Shown: piece by piece, positions 46,403 to 56,305 of the stretch
Position numbering within the stretch: the first letter of the stretch is position 1
Layout: the number at the start of each line of letters is the position of its first letter
NCBI GenBank assembly: GCA_964634945.1
Contig: CAZWMG010000003.1
Coordinates: 37,861 to 101,860, forward strand
Reading direction: 5' to 3'
Source of the DNA: an uncultured Planctomycetia bacterium
GTDB lineage: Bacteria > Omnitrophota > Gorgyraeia > JABMRG01
Length of the DNA stretch: 64,000 nt
Notes under the pieces: generated by a model
The model's database searches: none
Told to the model about the DNA's origin: nothing
Seen by the model: the letters and a program-made list of their open reading frames with translations, nothing else
Position numbers and translations under genes: made by a program

Positions 46403-47696
46403 TTAATAATAATCGACCCTTATCATCTTTAAGCGCTTTTAATTTTGCAAAATAGTAGACCCATATAAAAAATAAAAAACCATCTATAAAATAATGGCCC
46501 ATTCTTAATAACTTGATAAAAAACATCGACAAAACAGCATTGCTAATTACCCATAGATAGCCAGTTCTGTCTGACTTTTTACTAACATGAAATTTTATTA
46601 TAAATATAAGAAATACCAAAAAACCAAAAACACCTGTTTCCGATAAAAGCCTTAAACAAAGGGAGCCCGCGTCACCTCTGCATAGAACAGAATGGTAAGC
46701 AAGCAACGCTATGCCAACGGGACTCTGCGGCCTTTGTAATATATATTTATCATAAGAGACCCAGTGTGAGCCCAGGCCACTACCAAAAAACAAATTATTT
46801 TTTAAGCTATTATAAGTCACGTCCAGATTGGAAAATATAGCAAATGTACTTAAGTTTGTAGTCTCCAAGCGGACCTCACCTTTTAATGCCGCTAATGAAT
46901 CATCAAATTTCTCCTTAAAAATAGTATCATTATTATAAAGGAAAAACGCTAAAAACCAGGCAAGAACAATAAATATCAAAATATATTGAATTCTGCGATA
47001 ATTATATAGTAATAAAAAAATACTAAAAAAAACAGCTAAATACCCTCCTGAAGAAAAAGCCAGAAAAAACGAAGCGATGATAGCAACCGACTTCCACCTC
47101 TTTTGTAAATAAAAAGTGTTTCTAAAAAAAGAAGCTATGGACACAAAAACAGCAGGCATCATTACGTTACAGAAATGCGCGGGTTCAGGCAATATGGAAC
47201 TGATTCTCAAGAATCTATCCGTTGTAAAAGAGGCTAATGTCCATTGAGGAAAGAGCCAGCTGTAATCATATCCGGGCCTGAATTTAAGCAAGAAACATAT
47301 CTCCTGAAATAGTCCTATCAATGCTATTGCAAGCGCTATGTTTAGATATATTTTGAACAGCTTTTTCACATCATAGTTATTTATTTTCACCAAAACATAG
47401 AAAAAAACCGCGCTTTGCAATACACCCACAACCTGTTTCAAAAGAAGCGGTAAGGTATTATTGCCAAAAAAAAGATTATAGAAAGACACAATAATCATTA
47501 CCGTAAAAAAGCTTAAAAAAACTCTATTAAAATGTATGCCCTTTAGGAATGGCAGCCAAAGCATAAAGACGGCTGTTATAATAAAATATGAAGCACGCAA
47601 TTCCGCGAATGATCCATAGTTATAGCTCCATGCACCAGTAAAAATAACAAATATTGCTACATAATTCAGGAAGTCCTTAACGATTATTTTCTTCAT
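46386..47696 (-). CDS. polytopic membrane protein, putative oligosaccharide repeat-unit polymerase (Wzy-like)
   Basis: 436 aa, about 11 TM helices with one larger loop, and no soluble domain. Position among GTs and a ligase is consistent with Wzy. Sequence support is weak. Confidence 0.35.
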   Translation of the reverse strand: MKKIIVKDFLNYVAIFVIFTGAWSYNYGSFAELRASYFIITAVFMLWLPFLKGIHFNRVFLSFFTVMIIVSFYNLFFGNNTLPLLLKQVVGVLQSAVFFYVLVKINNYDVKKLFKIYLNIALAIALIGLFQEICFLLKFRPGYDYSWLFPQWTLASFTTDRFLRISSILPEPAHFCNVMMPAVFVSIASFFRNTFYLQKRWKSVAIIASFFLAFSSGGYLAVFFSIFLLLYNYRRIQYILIFIVLAWFLAFFLYNNDTIFKEKFDDSLAALKGEVRLETTNLSTFAIFSNLDVTYNSLKNNLFFGSGLGSHWVSYDKYILQRPQSPVGIALLAYHSVLCRGDAGSLCLRLLSETGVFGFLVFLIFIIKFHVSKKSDRTGYLWVISNAVLSMFFIKLLRMGHYFIDGFLFFIWVYYFAKLKALKDDKGRLLLNEQSS

Positions 47697-47697
47697 A

Positions 47698-49431
47698 TTA
47701 GATAAATTCTTGTAATATATGATTTGAAAAAATATTGTAGTCCGCTTTTGAAAAAAAATCTTCTACATTTACCTTTGGATATCTATCGCTCTTTAAAGCC
47801 TCTTTAATTCTATCACTGAAATTTTCCTCATAAGATACAAATATATCCTCCTCAAGAAAATCTTCATGGCTCAAGGCAATCTCTTCAGGTATAACATATA
47901 AGGTCTTAACCCCTGAAATAACGGATTCAAACGCTACTGTAGAACCTGACGTAATAACTAAACAGGCATCCTTAAGCAGGCTGCCTATCTCCTCTTTAAT
48001 ATAATCACAATTCTTATAATCAGCGAATTCATCTCTTAGATATGCCTTTTCCGGTAAAAGAGGGTGCGGCTTTATCTTTATTATATAATCAGGCAAGGCA
48101 TCTCTTTTTAGAAAATTAAGCAAGAGCCTCTGTAACCATATTGAGACACCCTCGTCTATTGAAAGTGCTATAATAATAGAGTTGCAAAGAGCTATATTCT
48201 TATCCGCGCATGCAAAAAGGTGACTATAGCGAAGAGCCCCTGCTACTTCAATCACGGAAGATGGATAGTATTTTCCTAAAAATGACGCCCATTTTTTTCC
48301 TGCGCATAAGATTGACTGTGGAACAATTTCTTTATCTTCAAACCTCGATGTGCAGTAATTCAAAGAATTGCGCGTTATCGTCGAATGCTGGTAAGCTATT
48401 CTGCTAAATTTTTCAAAGCCTAAGTTAAGCATCTTTTCCCATGGCTGGTTTTCAAAAGGATAAATAAAGCAAGTATCCCCCTTCACTCTAAGAGCTAAAT
48501 TGCGATACGAATGGTATAAGAACAAATGTCCGATATAAATTTTTAAGGCATTCTCTTTTAATACCTCGTTTGCTGTCAGTAGTTTTAAGATATCATAATC
48601 CTGTACAGAAGAGGATGTCTTATTGTTCATAGACACCGCAAAACGGGTAAAAACCGATTTAATCATATCCTTAAAGGTCAGATAAGAGAGCGGGAAGACT
48701 ATATTATCAAAATTTTTGCGAAGCCTGAATATCTCTTTTAAGCGTAACCTGGCTCCTGTAAGCCTTGCTACAGTATGTCCGTTTTTTACTAAGAAATTAC
48801 CCAAGTCCGCTAAGTATGAGTCAGTAAAATCAGGCAGCGACTTAAATGTCCTGCTGTCTATCCAACTGTGTATAAATACATCTATGCCTTTGATGTTCTT
48901 CTGCTTAAAAAAATGGTAGATGAACCAGAAGATAATATCAACCAAAACTTCCCGGTAACCTCTTATCCTTCTATGGAGGCGGCTTTTATAAAACCCGGAA
49001 TGGCTCAGAACAGCTATCTTGCCGGAACGCTGGTTTTTAGTATTTGTTAATATCTCTTCATCATCAGTAACAACCAATAAATCCTTATGCGAGACTGACA
49101 ACTTTTTAAGTAATTTCTGATAAACATATTGATTAAAAAGAGAGGTTTCATTAATCGATTTCGAGGCCATAGAGCCTGCATACCACAGGACCTTATTATC
49201 TTGCAGGGCAGAAAGTATTCCTATGTAATCTAAGAAATTATCGCGTACCGACTCTGTTATAATCTTAATATCTCTCGCGATAAATATCCTCTTCTCATTA
49301 CTGAGAATCTTCTCCGCTTCTTTTTTGCCTCCGTGCCTGCCGATATAAATCCACTTAAGATTAGAGAATTTAGTCAAGAGAGCAGCGTCATTAGAATTTA
49401 TAAGATAGAGCATGAAAAGCCTTCCAAGCAA
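47698..49431 (-). CDS. putative surface-polysaccharide transferase (TagF/KpsS-Capsule_synth-like C-terminal motif)
   Basis: 577 aa. ACLVITSGSTVAFESVISGVKTLYVIPEE resembles both the TagF (DILITDYSSVFFD...KP..FF.PD) and Capsule_synth (vvtinSgvGfEAll.GkPV) donor-binding motifs. I cannot choose between them. Confidence 0.35.
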   Translation of the reverse strand: MLGRLFMLYLINSNDAALLTKFSNLKWIYIGRHGGKKEAEKILSNEKRIFIARDIKIITESVRDNFLDYIGILSALQDNKVLWYAGSMASKSINETSLFNQYVYQKLLKKLSVSHKDLLVVTDDEEILTNTKNQRSGKIAVLSHSGFYKSRLHRRIRGYREVLVDIIFWFIYHFFKQKNIKGIDVFIHSWIDSRTFKSLPDFTDSYLADLGNFLVKNGHTVARLTGARLRLKEIFRLRKNFDNIVFPLSYLTFKDMIKSVFTRFAVSMNNKTSSSVQDYDILKLLTANEVLKENALKIYIGHLFLYHSYRNLALRVKGDTCFIYPFENQPWEKMLNLGFEKFSRIAYQHSTITRNSLNYCTSRFEDKEIVPQSILCAGKKWASFLGKYYPSSVIEVAGALRYSHLFACADKNIALCNSIIIALSIDEGVSIWLQRLLLNFLKRDALPDYIIKIKPHPLLPEKAYLRDEFADYKNCDYIKEEIGSLLKDACLVITSGSTVAFESVISGVKTLYVIPEEIALSHEDFLEEDIFVSYEENFSDRIKEALKSDRYPKVNVEDFFSKADYNIFSNHILQEFI

Positions 49432-49456
49432 TATATGTGTAAATACGATTTATTTT

Positions 49457-50338
49457 TTACTTAGCCCTTACTGCTTTGGGCTCATATGAACTATTCAACA
49501 GCTCAAATATGCCCTGTCCCAAATCCACATAATCAGAACCGATTACCCGTTTGGCCATTTTAGGCTTAAAATTATATGGCGTTATCTCATAATGCTCATC
49601 ATCGGAGGCATCATTAAATGTCAGAACTACATCGTTATTCAGCATCTCTTTGACCATTATCAGGAAATCTTTGATCCTGATAGGCTGATAACCTGTTATC
49701 ATAACATATTGATTCTTAAACTCATTCTCAAGCATCTTAACACTTAAGCGTGCCGCGTCATAAACATGGATATATTCCCTGATCTCATTGCCGTCGCCTG
49801 ACCTGACAATCTTCTTATCGACAACAGCTTGCCTCAACATTCTGTTTATCCAGTTGGAATCATCCGCCCTTGGTCCATATAACGAGCCGTAACGTAGAAT
49901 AGTGAAATCAAGATCATACTGTTTGTTATAGCTCTCTATTAGTAACTCACAAGCCTGTTTACTCGCCCTGTAGAATGACCCGGCTTCGCTATAGACGTAG
50001 ACAGTGCTCGCGAATATAAATCTTTTTATCCTGTTCTCGCGACAGGCCTCGAGGATATTCGTTGTACCGATAATATTAGCGTGAATAGTCTCATAAGGCT
50101 GAACTTTCGCCTGATCGATATCAGCTACCCCCGCGAAATGATATACTATATCAGCGCCTATAGTCGCTTTTTTTACTGATTCGATATCCAATATATCGCC
50201 AACTAACATCTCCTGGCTTGCTTGTACATACGGTGAAGGCCTTTTATCATATATGACAACTTCGTGGTTACCTTCTGAAAGATAATCAGCGATATGACTT
50301 CCCAAAAAACCTGATCCGCCAAAAATTACAATCTTCAT
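49457..50338 (-). CDS. NAD-dependent epimerase/dehydratase-family protein
   Basis: 293 aa. VIFGGSGFLGSHI Rossmann motif and YRASK catalytic region. Confidence 0.75.
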   Translation of the reverse strand: MKIVIFGGSGFLGSHIADYLSEGNHEVVIYDKRPSPYVQASQEMLVGDILDIESVKKATIGADIVYHFAGVADIDQAKVQPYETIHANIIGTTNILEACRENRIKRFIFASTVYVYSEAGSFYRASKQACELLIESYNKQYDLDFTILRYGSLYGPRADDSNWINRMLRQAVVDKKIVRSGDGNEIREYIHVYDAARLSVKMLENEFKNQYVMITGYQPIRIKDFLIMVKEMLNNDVVLTFNDASDDEHYEITPYNFKPKMAKRVIGSDYVDLGQGIFELLNSSYEPKAVRAK

Positions 50339-51034
50339 TTAATAATCCTCCTTTAAATAGCTTCTTTCTGTACTCACTATAATGATATCAAGGTTAGATA
50401 GATCTTCAATTACCTTGTGGTCCCCTTCTATCTTAACGCCGTGTGTCGGCCTTCTCTCAATAAAAGCGATGCCTGTCTCCTGCGCGGCTATCTTATCACT
50501 TGACGCGTCCCCGATATAAATAGCCTCGTCTTTTTTATAATTGTTCTTATCTAATATATAATTGATAATTTCAGGCTTACTTCTGGGGGTACCGTAAACC
50601 TCTTTAAAATAACCTTGTAATTTCCTTGCCTGAATAATACCGCATAACTCATCATGAGGGGTTCCTGAAGCGACAAAAAACGCGTACTTATGCATATACT
50701 TACGTAAAAACTCATCCGCGCCCGGAACAAACGGGGCAGCGAGGATCTTTTGCAACACGATACGGGAAAAACTTTCTCCCAATTCGAGTTCTTTTTCCCT
50801 GGAAAATCTCTTTCCCAGGATCTCCTCATATATATGCTGAAACTTTACATAACGCGAGATGCCGGCGTTAAAAACATGGTAATCAGTAATCTCCCGCACC
50901 TTTTCAGGGTAATCGGAAAATAGCTCCTGAAAGGCCTGGGTCTTTATATCCGATGACTCCAGTATGACACCGTCAAAATCAAATATTATAGCTTTTATCA
51001 TCCAGTAAAACCGCTCGTGATGGCGCGCCATCAC
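50339..51034 (-). CDS. HAD-superfamily hydrolase (phosphatase/phosphomutase-like, subfamily IA)
   Basis: 231 aa. IKAIIFDFDGVI (DxD motif I) and a later GDASSD motif IV. The real start is probably the MIKAIIF Met at about 51001. Confidence 0.8.
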   Translation of the reverse strand: MMARHHERFYWMIKAIIFDFDGVILESSDIKTQAFQELFSDYPEKVREITDYHVFNAGISRYVKFQHIYEEILGKRFSREKELELGESFSRIVLQKILAAPFVPGADEFLRKYMHKYAFFVASGTPHDELCGIIQARKLQGYFKEVYGTPRSKPEIINYILDKNNYKKDEAIYIGDASSDKIAAQETGIAFIERRPTHGVKIEGDHKVIEDLSNLDIIIVSTERSYLKEDY

Positions 51035-51581
51035 CCTCTCCTATTTTTAATGGCAAGCATAGAAGCTTATAATAACCCTGCTTGACCTTTTTCAAATAAA
51101 GCCCCTCTACTATAATAACGTCTCTGCTCAATAAAAAGCGATGAACAGGATGAGTCTTATCGCGAGATTCTTCGATAGATGTCTCCTCAGTGCCTACAAG
51201 ATCAATACCATTGGAAACCAATAATTTTGCCTCATCTATCGCAAGGCCCTGAAACGATTTTTTTCTTTTAAATAATATACCTCTTATGCCTTTTGTCTTA
51301 AACCCCTTAAGCAAGGCTGTGTTGGGAAAGTCATCGATCACTGTCACAAAAACATCACATATCAATCGCCTAAGATCTATCTTATCGATTGTCCGCCCTT
51401 TTTTGTATATGTGCCTTGGGGCATCTATATGCGTACCTGTATGGCTACCAAGCGAGATATTTTTAAGGTTACATGAATTCCCTTCTTCTAAAGACTTAAC
51501 GCTCTCTATCACAATATCCGGGTCACTAGGATACTTTTCCATATCAACATTAATCGTCCTGCTTATATCTATATATCTCAT
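50979..51581 (-). CDS. cyclase-family protein (kynurenine formamidase-like fold)
   Basis: 200 aa. LGSHTGTHIDAPRH fits the HxGTHxDAPxH metal-binding signature of the family. Confidence 0.55.
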   Translation of the reverse strand: MRYIDISRTINVDMEKYPSDPDIVIESVKSLEEGNSCNLKNISLGSHTGTHIDAPRHIYKKGRTIDKIDLRRLICDVFVTVIDDFPNTALLKGFKTKGIRGILFKRKKSFQGLAIDEAKLLVSNGIDLVGTEETSIEESRDKTHPVHRFLLSRDVIIVEGLYLKKVKQGYYKLLCLPLKIGEGDGAPSRAVLLDDKSYNI

Positions 51582-51593
51582 ATACTATATAAC

Positions 51594-52514
51594 CTATGCT
51601 ATTTCTGCCAAGCCGGTTAGCAGATTGTTCACTGCCTGGTTTTCCATCTGTACTCTTGCTTCTTTCGCGTAAGAGCCTACATGCGGAGTAAGAATTACAT
51701 TTCTAAACTGCGTTAGTCCTCCGTTGTATGGCTCCTTCGAAAAGACATCACAGGCAGCTCCTGCCAGATTGTTTTTATCCAGCGCAACGCAAAGAGCAGC
51801 CTCATCAACAATGCCACCCCGCGAGCAATTTATTAAAAAAGCGTCTTTTTTCATAAGTGAAAATTCATCCGCGCCTATCATCATAGAATTCTCCTTTGAA
51901 GCCGCGAGATGAAGGCTTACGATGTCGGATTTTTTAAGCAGCTCATTCAATCCAAGATTGGGATAAGATGATATCTTATCCTTGATAAATGGGTCATGAT
52001 ATACTACATCTGAGCCAAAGGCATCGAGAAGCTGCGCTACTTTTTGGCCTATCCTGCCAAAACCTATAATGCCAACGCATTTGCCATATAATAGGTTACC
52101 CATATTTTTGCTCCATAGGCCCGATCGAAGCTCCTGATCCATAAAAGATATTCTACGTATCAGAGAGAGCATTAAGCCGATGGTAAACTCCGCCACGGCC
52201 AGAGTTGGGCCATCCGGAGTATTACGTATTTCTATATTTAATCTTTTAGCCGCGTTTAGATCTATAGTATCGAGTCCTACCCCGCAACGGGAGATTATTT
52301 TAAGCTCGGGCAATTTTAAAAGGACCTCTTCTGAAAAATTTTCTGTGCCCGCGATTATTCCTACGGCATCTTTCGAGAGAGCAATAATCTCAGAAGGCTC
52401 TACCTTACGGTTGTGTGGATTAAGAACCACCTCATGCCCCTTGTCCCTGCAAATATCCAATGGACCGCTATCATATTTAGCGAATGTTGTTGTCAATACC
52501 GTAATTTTACTCAT
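51594..52514 (-). CDS. D-isomer-specific 2-hydroxyacid dehydrogenase (NAD-binding; PGDH/GDH-like)
   Basis: 306 aa. GIIGFGRIGQKVAQLL, a DVVSLH-like segment, and a catalytic His region (ILTPHVGSYAKEA). Confidence 0.85.
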   Translation of the reverse strand: MSKITVLTTTFAKYDSGPLDICRDKGHEVVLNPHNRKVEPSEIIALSKDAVGIIAGTENFSEEVLLKLPELKIISRCGVGLDTIDLNAAKRLNIEIRNTPDGPTLAVAEFTIGLMLSLIRRISFMDQELRSGLWSKNMGNLLYGKCVGIIGFGRIGQKVAQLLDAFGSDVVYHDPFIKDKISSYPNLGLNELLKKSDIVSLHLAASKENSMMIGADEFSLMKKDAFLINCSRGGIVDEAALCVALDKNNLAGAACDVFSKEPYNGGLTQFRNVILTPHVGSYAKEARVQMENQAVNNLLTGLAEIA

Positions 52515-53506
52515 GTCGATTTGTCCTTTTTCTTTTTAGCCAGTACCCTCATATGGGAACTGTGGTTATTTCTTGAGATCCAGGACTGTAATTGATCCTT
52601 ACTCTCTTGGCTACCCTCCTTAACCAGTAGATTCCAGAATCTTCCTAAATCTACGCCCTCGTTTTTCATCATACCTTCAACAATATCCCAGTCAAGCTTA
52701 CCCGGGGTTGAAATATCGATGACCTCAAAGCCCGATCTCTCCAGTAGCAACGAGATAGAATGAGTATTAAAGAAATTCAGGTGATGAGGCGGCGTCAGAC
52801 TCTTTGACCTCTCCCATAATAACTGTATATCAAAGCCCTGACCATTAAGCATTGTCATTAAAAGGTGGCCGCCGGAAGTTAATAGTTTTTTAACGGAATT
52901 TAAGAAACTTAAAGGGTCAAAAAGATGCTCGAATAATTCGAAAGCCGTAAGCATATCAAATTGCTCCCCGTAACCTTTTAATTCCTCCAACATGCAGGAT
53001 TCCACCTTAATTCCCTTTTCAGAACAGATCCTTGACTCCTCTTTAGACGGCTCTATAGCCAAGAGCTTATCCAATGGCCTTAGGGCTGATAATTCCTCTA
53101 GAAAAAGCCCAAAACCCGCTCCGATATCACCTACAGAATTTTTTTTCTTAGCAGACAGGATTGTAGAGGCATATTCCGCTCGCGGACGAAATATCTTCTC
53201 TCTCCTCGCTTCCGCTACCGGCTTGAAAAAGACCTTGCCCCAAAAGAGGGCCGATGGAGAATCAGCGTAAAACCTTTTAAGGTCATCATTACTTGGACGA
53301 GGACTTACATATATAGTATTACATTGTCCGCATAAGACATAATCGAAATTTTTCTTCTTAAACCCGGTTTTTTTGTCGTTGCTCGCGCAAGCGGGGCATA
53401 GTATCTCTGTAAACGATGTGAAATCAAAAAAATCTTTTACATCTTTTTCAACCATCTCTATATACTGATTAAAGGCCTCTCTATTTCTTATATCTTCCTC
53501 TTTCAT
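52511..53506 (-). CDS. class I SAM-dependent methyltransferase with N-terminal Zn-ribbon
   Basis: 331 aa. CPAC...CGQC ribbon, then DIGAGFGLFLEEL motif I. Confidence 0.65.
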   Translation of the reverse strand: MKEEDIRNREAFNQYIEMVEKDVKDFFDFTSFTEILCPACASNDKKTGFKKKNFDYVLCGQCNTIYVSPRPSNDDLKRFYADSPSALFWGKVFFKPVAEARREKIFRPRAEYASTILSAKKKNSVGDIGAGFGLFLEELSALRPLDKLLAIEPSKEESRICSEKGIKVESCMLEELKGYGEQFDMLTAFELFEHLFDPLSFLNSVKKLLTSGGHLLMTMLNGQGFDIQLLWERSKSLTPPHHLNFFNTHSISLLLERSGFEVIDISTPGKLDWDIVEGMMKNEGVDLGRFWNLLVKEGSQESKDQLQSWISRNNHSSHMRVLAKKKKDKST

Positions 53507-54297
53507 TACAAGACCTTTCTTTGGGCTCTTTCAATATACTCTTCTACAAGAGGGCAACTTTTCAGCCTATCTTCTACGTTACGCAGATCCTCTTTTATAT
53601 CAACACTATAAGTATCAGACCCAGATAGCACCATCTTAACCTTAAACCCATGTTCTAATAGACGCAGCATATCTACTGACTCAATTATCTCAAGCGGGGT
53701 AGCGGGCAGGTTATTAAATTTAATGAGAAAATTTCTTCTAAAGGGAATGATACAGACCTGCTTATGCGTAATTAGGTTATTTTTTCCTTTTTTGCGCGAA
53801 GGTATAGGCTCCCTGGAAAAATACATTGCGAAGGAATTCAGATCCGCAACGACCTTTACCTCATTAGGGTCATTCTGCTCTTCCTCTGTCTTTAGCTCTG
53901 CCATGAGATTAACCACCTGTATCTCATCGTCTTTTAGCATGGGTTCTATCGCTTCATCGATCATTTCAGGCCGTAGCATAGGTTCGTCGCCTTGAATCAT
54001 AACTACAACATCGATTCTTCTACCTATATCCCTTTCTATCTTGGCCATCGCCTCCGCTGTTCTATCAGTCGCTCTTTCGTGTGTATCCAATGTCATAATG
54101 GATTTTCCGCCGATCGATTCTACATAATCAGCTATCTCTTTATCACATGTCGCCACATAAACATCGCTTAATGTTTTAGACATCTTGCTTCTCAGTAATA
54201 CGTGTCCAAGCATTGGGATATTTAGAATTTTCGCCAAAGGCTTACCCGGAAAACGGCTTGATCCCATGCGGGCAGGGATTATTCCTACAATATTCAT
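53506..54297 (-). CDS. cytidylyltransferase-family protein (KdsB/NeuA-like, CTP_transf_3)
   Basis: 263 aa. IIPARMGSSRFPGKPLAKI N-terminal motif and IQGDEP metal-binding region. Confidence 0.7.
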   Translation of the reverse strand: MNIVGIIPARMGSSRFPGKPLAKILNIPMLGHVLLRSKMSKTLSDVYVATCDKEIADYVESIGGKSIMTLDTHERATDRTAEAMAKIERDIGRRIDVVVMIQGDEPMLRPEMIDEAIEPMLKDDEIQVVNLMAELKTEEEQNDPNEVKVVADLNSFAMYFSREPIPSRKKGKNNLITHKQVCIIPFRRNFLIKFNNLPATPLEIIESVDMLRLLEHGFKVKMVLSGSDTYSVDIKEDLRNVEDRLKSCPLVEEYIERAQRKVL

Positions 54298-54303
54298 AAG
54301 GCC

Positions 54304-55065
54304 CTAACCTTTCTTTATCATAGATAAATCTTTATACATATCAGTAGCCAGGAAAAGCGTATCTAAACTATAAGCTATAAAATTATACCCCTGCCTTACC
54401 TTCTCTTTAACCTCTTTGAGATCAGGCTGTATAACATGAAAACCTGAAACCGCCTTGAATGACCTTGATACCGCGGTAACCCTTTTTAACGCATCTCTGA
54501 CTTTTGCGTCTTGAAACTCCCCCGGTTTGCCTAGAGAACCGGAAAGATCGTAGGGCCCTATGATAAAACCGTCTACTCCTTTTACCTTTAATATCTTGTC
54601 TATATTTTTAACCGCCTCAATATGTTCGATCTGCACGATAACTATGCTATTTCTATTAGCCCAGTTCTTATATTTTTCGAAACTCATGCCATAACCTTGC
54701 GCCCTAGCGAGCCCAACGCCTCTAATGCCCGCTGGTGGATATTTAGCGGACTTTACAGCACGGATAGCATCGTCTTCGGTATTGACCATAGGCACTATGA
54801 CGCCGTGCGCGCCGGCATCCATAATCCGTTTGATCAGATTAGGATTGTTTTCACCAACCCTTACAAGCGGAACGCATCCAGCCAGGTCTATGACCTGTAT
54901 CAGCCGCTGCGCCTGGTCTAAGCCTATCGCGCTATGCTCCACATCTATTGTAAGCCAATCAAATCCTGCCTTAGCCATGATCTCCGCAATAGCTGTATGA
55001 CCTATGGTAATCCAGGAACCTATTGTAAGCTCCTTAGCTTTGAGCTTCTCTTTAAGCGTTTTCAT
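54304..55065 (-). CDS. HpcH/HpaI-family pyruvate-dependent aldolase
   Basis: 253 aa. GSWITIGHTAIAEIMAKAGFDWLTIDVEHS matches the family consensus. Confidence 0.75.
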   Translation of the reverse strand: MKTLKEKLKAKELTIGSWITIGHTAIAEIMAKAGFDWLTIDVEHSAIGLDQAQRLIQVIDLAGCVPLVRVGENNPNLIKRIMDAGAHGVIVPMVNTEDDAIRAVKSAKYPPAGIRGVGLARAQGYGMSFEKYKNWANRNSIVIVQIEHIEAVKNIDKILKVKGVDGFIIGPYDLSGSLGKPGEFQDAKVRDALKRVTAVSRSFKAVSGFHVIQPDLKEVKEKVRQGYNFIAYSLDTLFLATDMYKDLSMIKKG

Positions 55066-55105
55066 TTAAAGCTCCTATTTTTATTATTCTAGTACCATTT
55101 AGACA

Positions 55106-56305
55106 TTAAATTACAAATAACTCAATATTATCAATTAGGAATCTATTCGATGCTCCTCTGGTATCAATAATAATTTTATCCAATATGACTTCATCTTCGA
55201 CGGCCCATCCTCCAATGGAAGCTGCCTTTTCCACATATGTGCATAAATCTTTGATACTATGCTCAACCCAACCATCAGCATTATCTCTACGCAGAGTAGG
55301 AGGCATGCAAACACCGGTTATTTCCTGTTTGGGATAAATAACCTTAAAATACAAATGCACTCCAGAGGGATTGGAACTTTTTATAGAAACTCTAATTCCT
55401 ATGTTCAGGCCTGTATCATCCAATAGGAACTTTGTATTCTTTGACCAAAAATCATACCCTTCTCCAATATATTCTATATCCAAGATCTCTAAATGATTCT
55501 CTTTGCTCATAGGATCCCGGGCAATAGCGTGGCTGCTGATCTTTGATCGCGCGTTACTCATCAATCTGGATAACCTATAAACAGGGCCCTCAAAATCCTC
55601 AAGAACCACATAGATATTGTCACCCCATATCTCTTGCTTTATCTTGTCTTTGTCATAATAATTTCTACTTACATACGATAAAACATCTACGGGACTCTTG
55701 CCATAATCTAATATCCTTTTTGTAAAAAAGGATCTTGCCTGCTTAAAAAGCTTGTTTGATATGTAGGCATTCCCGATTAAAAAATACAACTCCTTGGCGC
55801 GCAGCGCGATAGGCCGCTCTTTTAAATCAGACGCGACAGATATATACTTTTTAGCGTCCGCAAAATCAGGATAATGGACCTTTAAAAAACCAAGACTTTT
55901 AATCGCGGCGTCAAATCTTGCTGACTCAAGCATCCCTATAGCTATCAATAGGTTATTTTGCCGGCTATCCTTATCATAACTATCCTGCAAATAAAGAGTC
56001 AAAATTTCCGTGTCAACCTTGGCGTAAGATTCTATAGCCAAATTCTCAAAATTAGACTTTGCGTATAGATTACCTAAAGCTAAATTTAACTTTGATACGG
56101 CCTCTTTATTAAGATATTTTTTCGCGTTGTCCTTTGCTAATATCCTGTTATAAAGATAGATACTCTTACCATACTCATGCCTATCTCTATGATAATCAGC
56201 TAGCTTCATTCTAAACCATAAGCTACTGTGAACATGCAGTAGCACAAGAACAACGCAAAAAAAGAACAAGAGAATAAATCTTAGCCTACGCATATTCATG
56301 AGCAC
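55106..56305 (-). CDS. hypothetical membrane-anchored protein (N-terminal TM, helical repeat region, C-terminal beta-rich domain)
   Basis: 399 aa with no recognisable catalytic motif. Confidence 0.35.
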   Translation of the reverse strand: MLMNMRRLRFILLFFFCVVLVLLHVHSSLWFRMKLADYHRDRHEYGKSIYLYNRILAKDNAKKYLNKEAVSKLNLALGNLYAKSNFENLAIESYAKVDTEILTLYLQDSYDKDSRQNNLLIAIGMLESARFDAAIKSLGFLKVHYPDFADAKKYISVASDLKERPIALRAKELYFLIGNAYISNKLFKQARSFFTKRILDYGKSPVDVLSYVSRNYYDKDKIKQEIWGDNIYVVLEDFEGPVYRLSRLMSNARSKISSHAIARDPMSKENHLEILDIEYIGEGYDFWSKNTKFLLDDTGLNIGIRVSIKSSNPSGVHLYFKVIYPKQEITGVCMPPTLRRDNADGWVEHSIKDLCTYVEKAASIGGWAVEDEVILDKIIIDTRGASNRFLIDNIELFVI

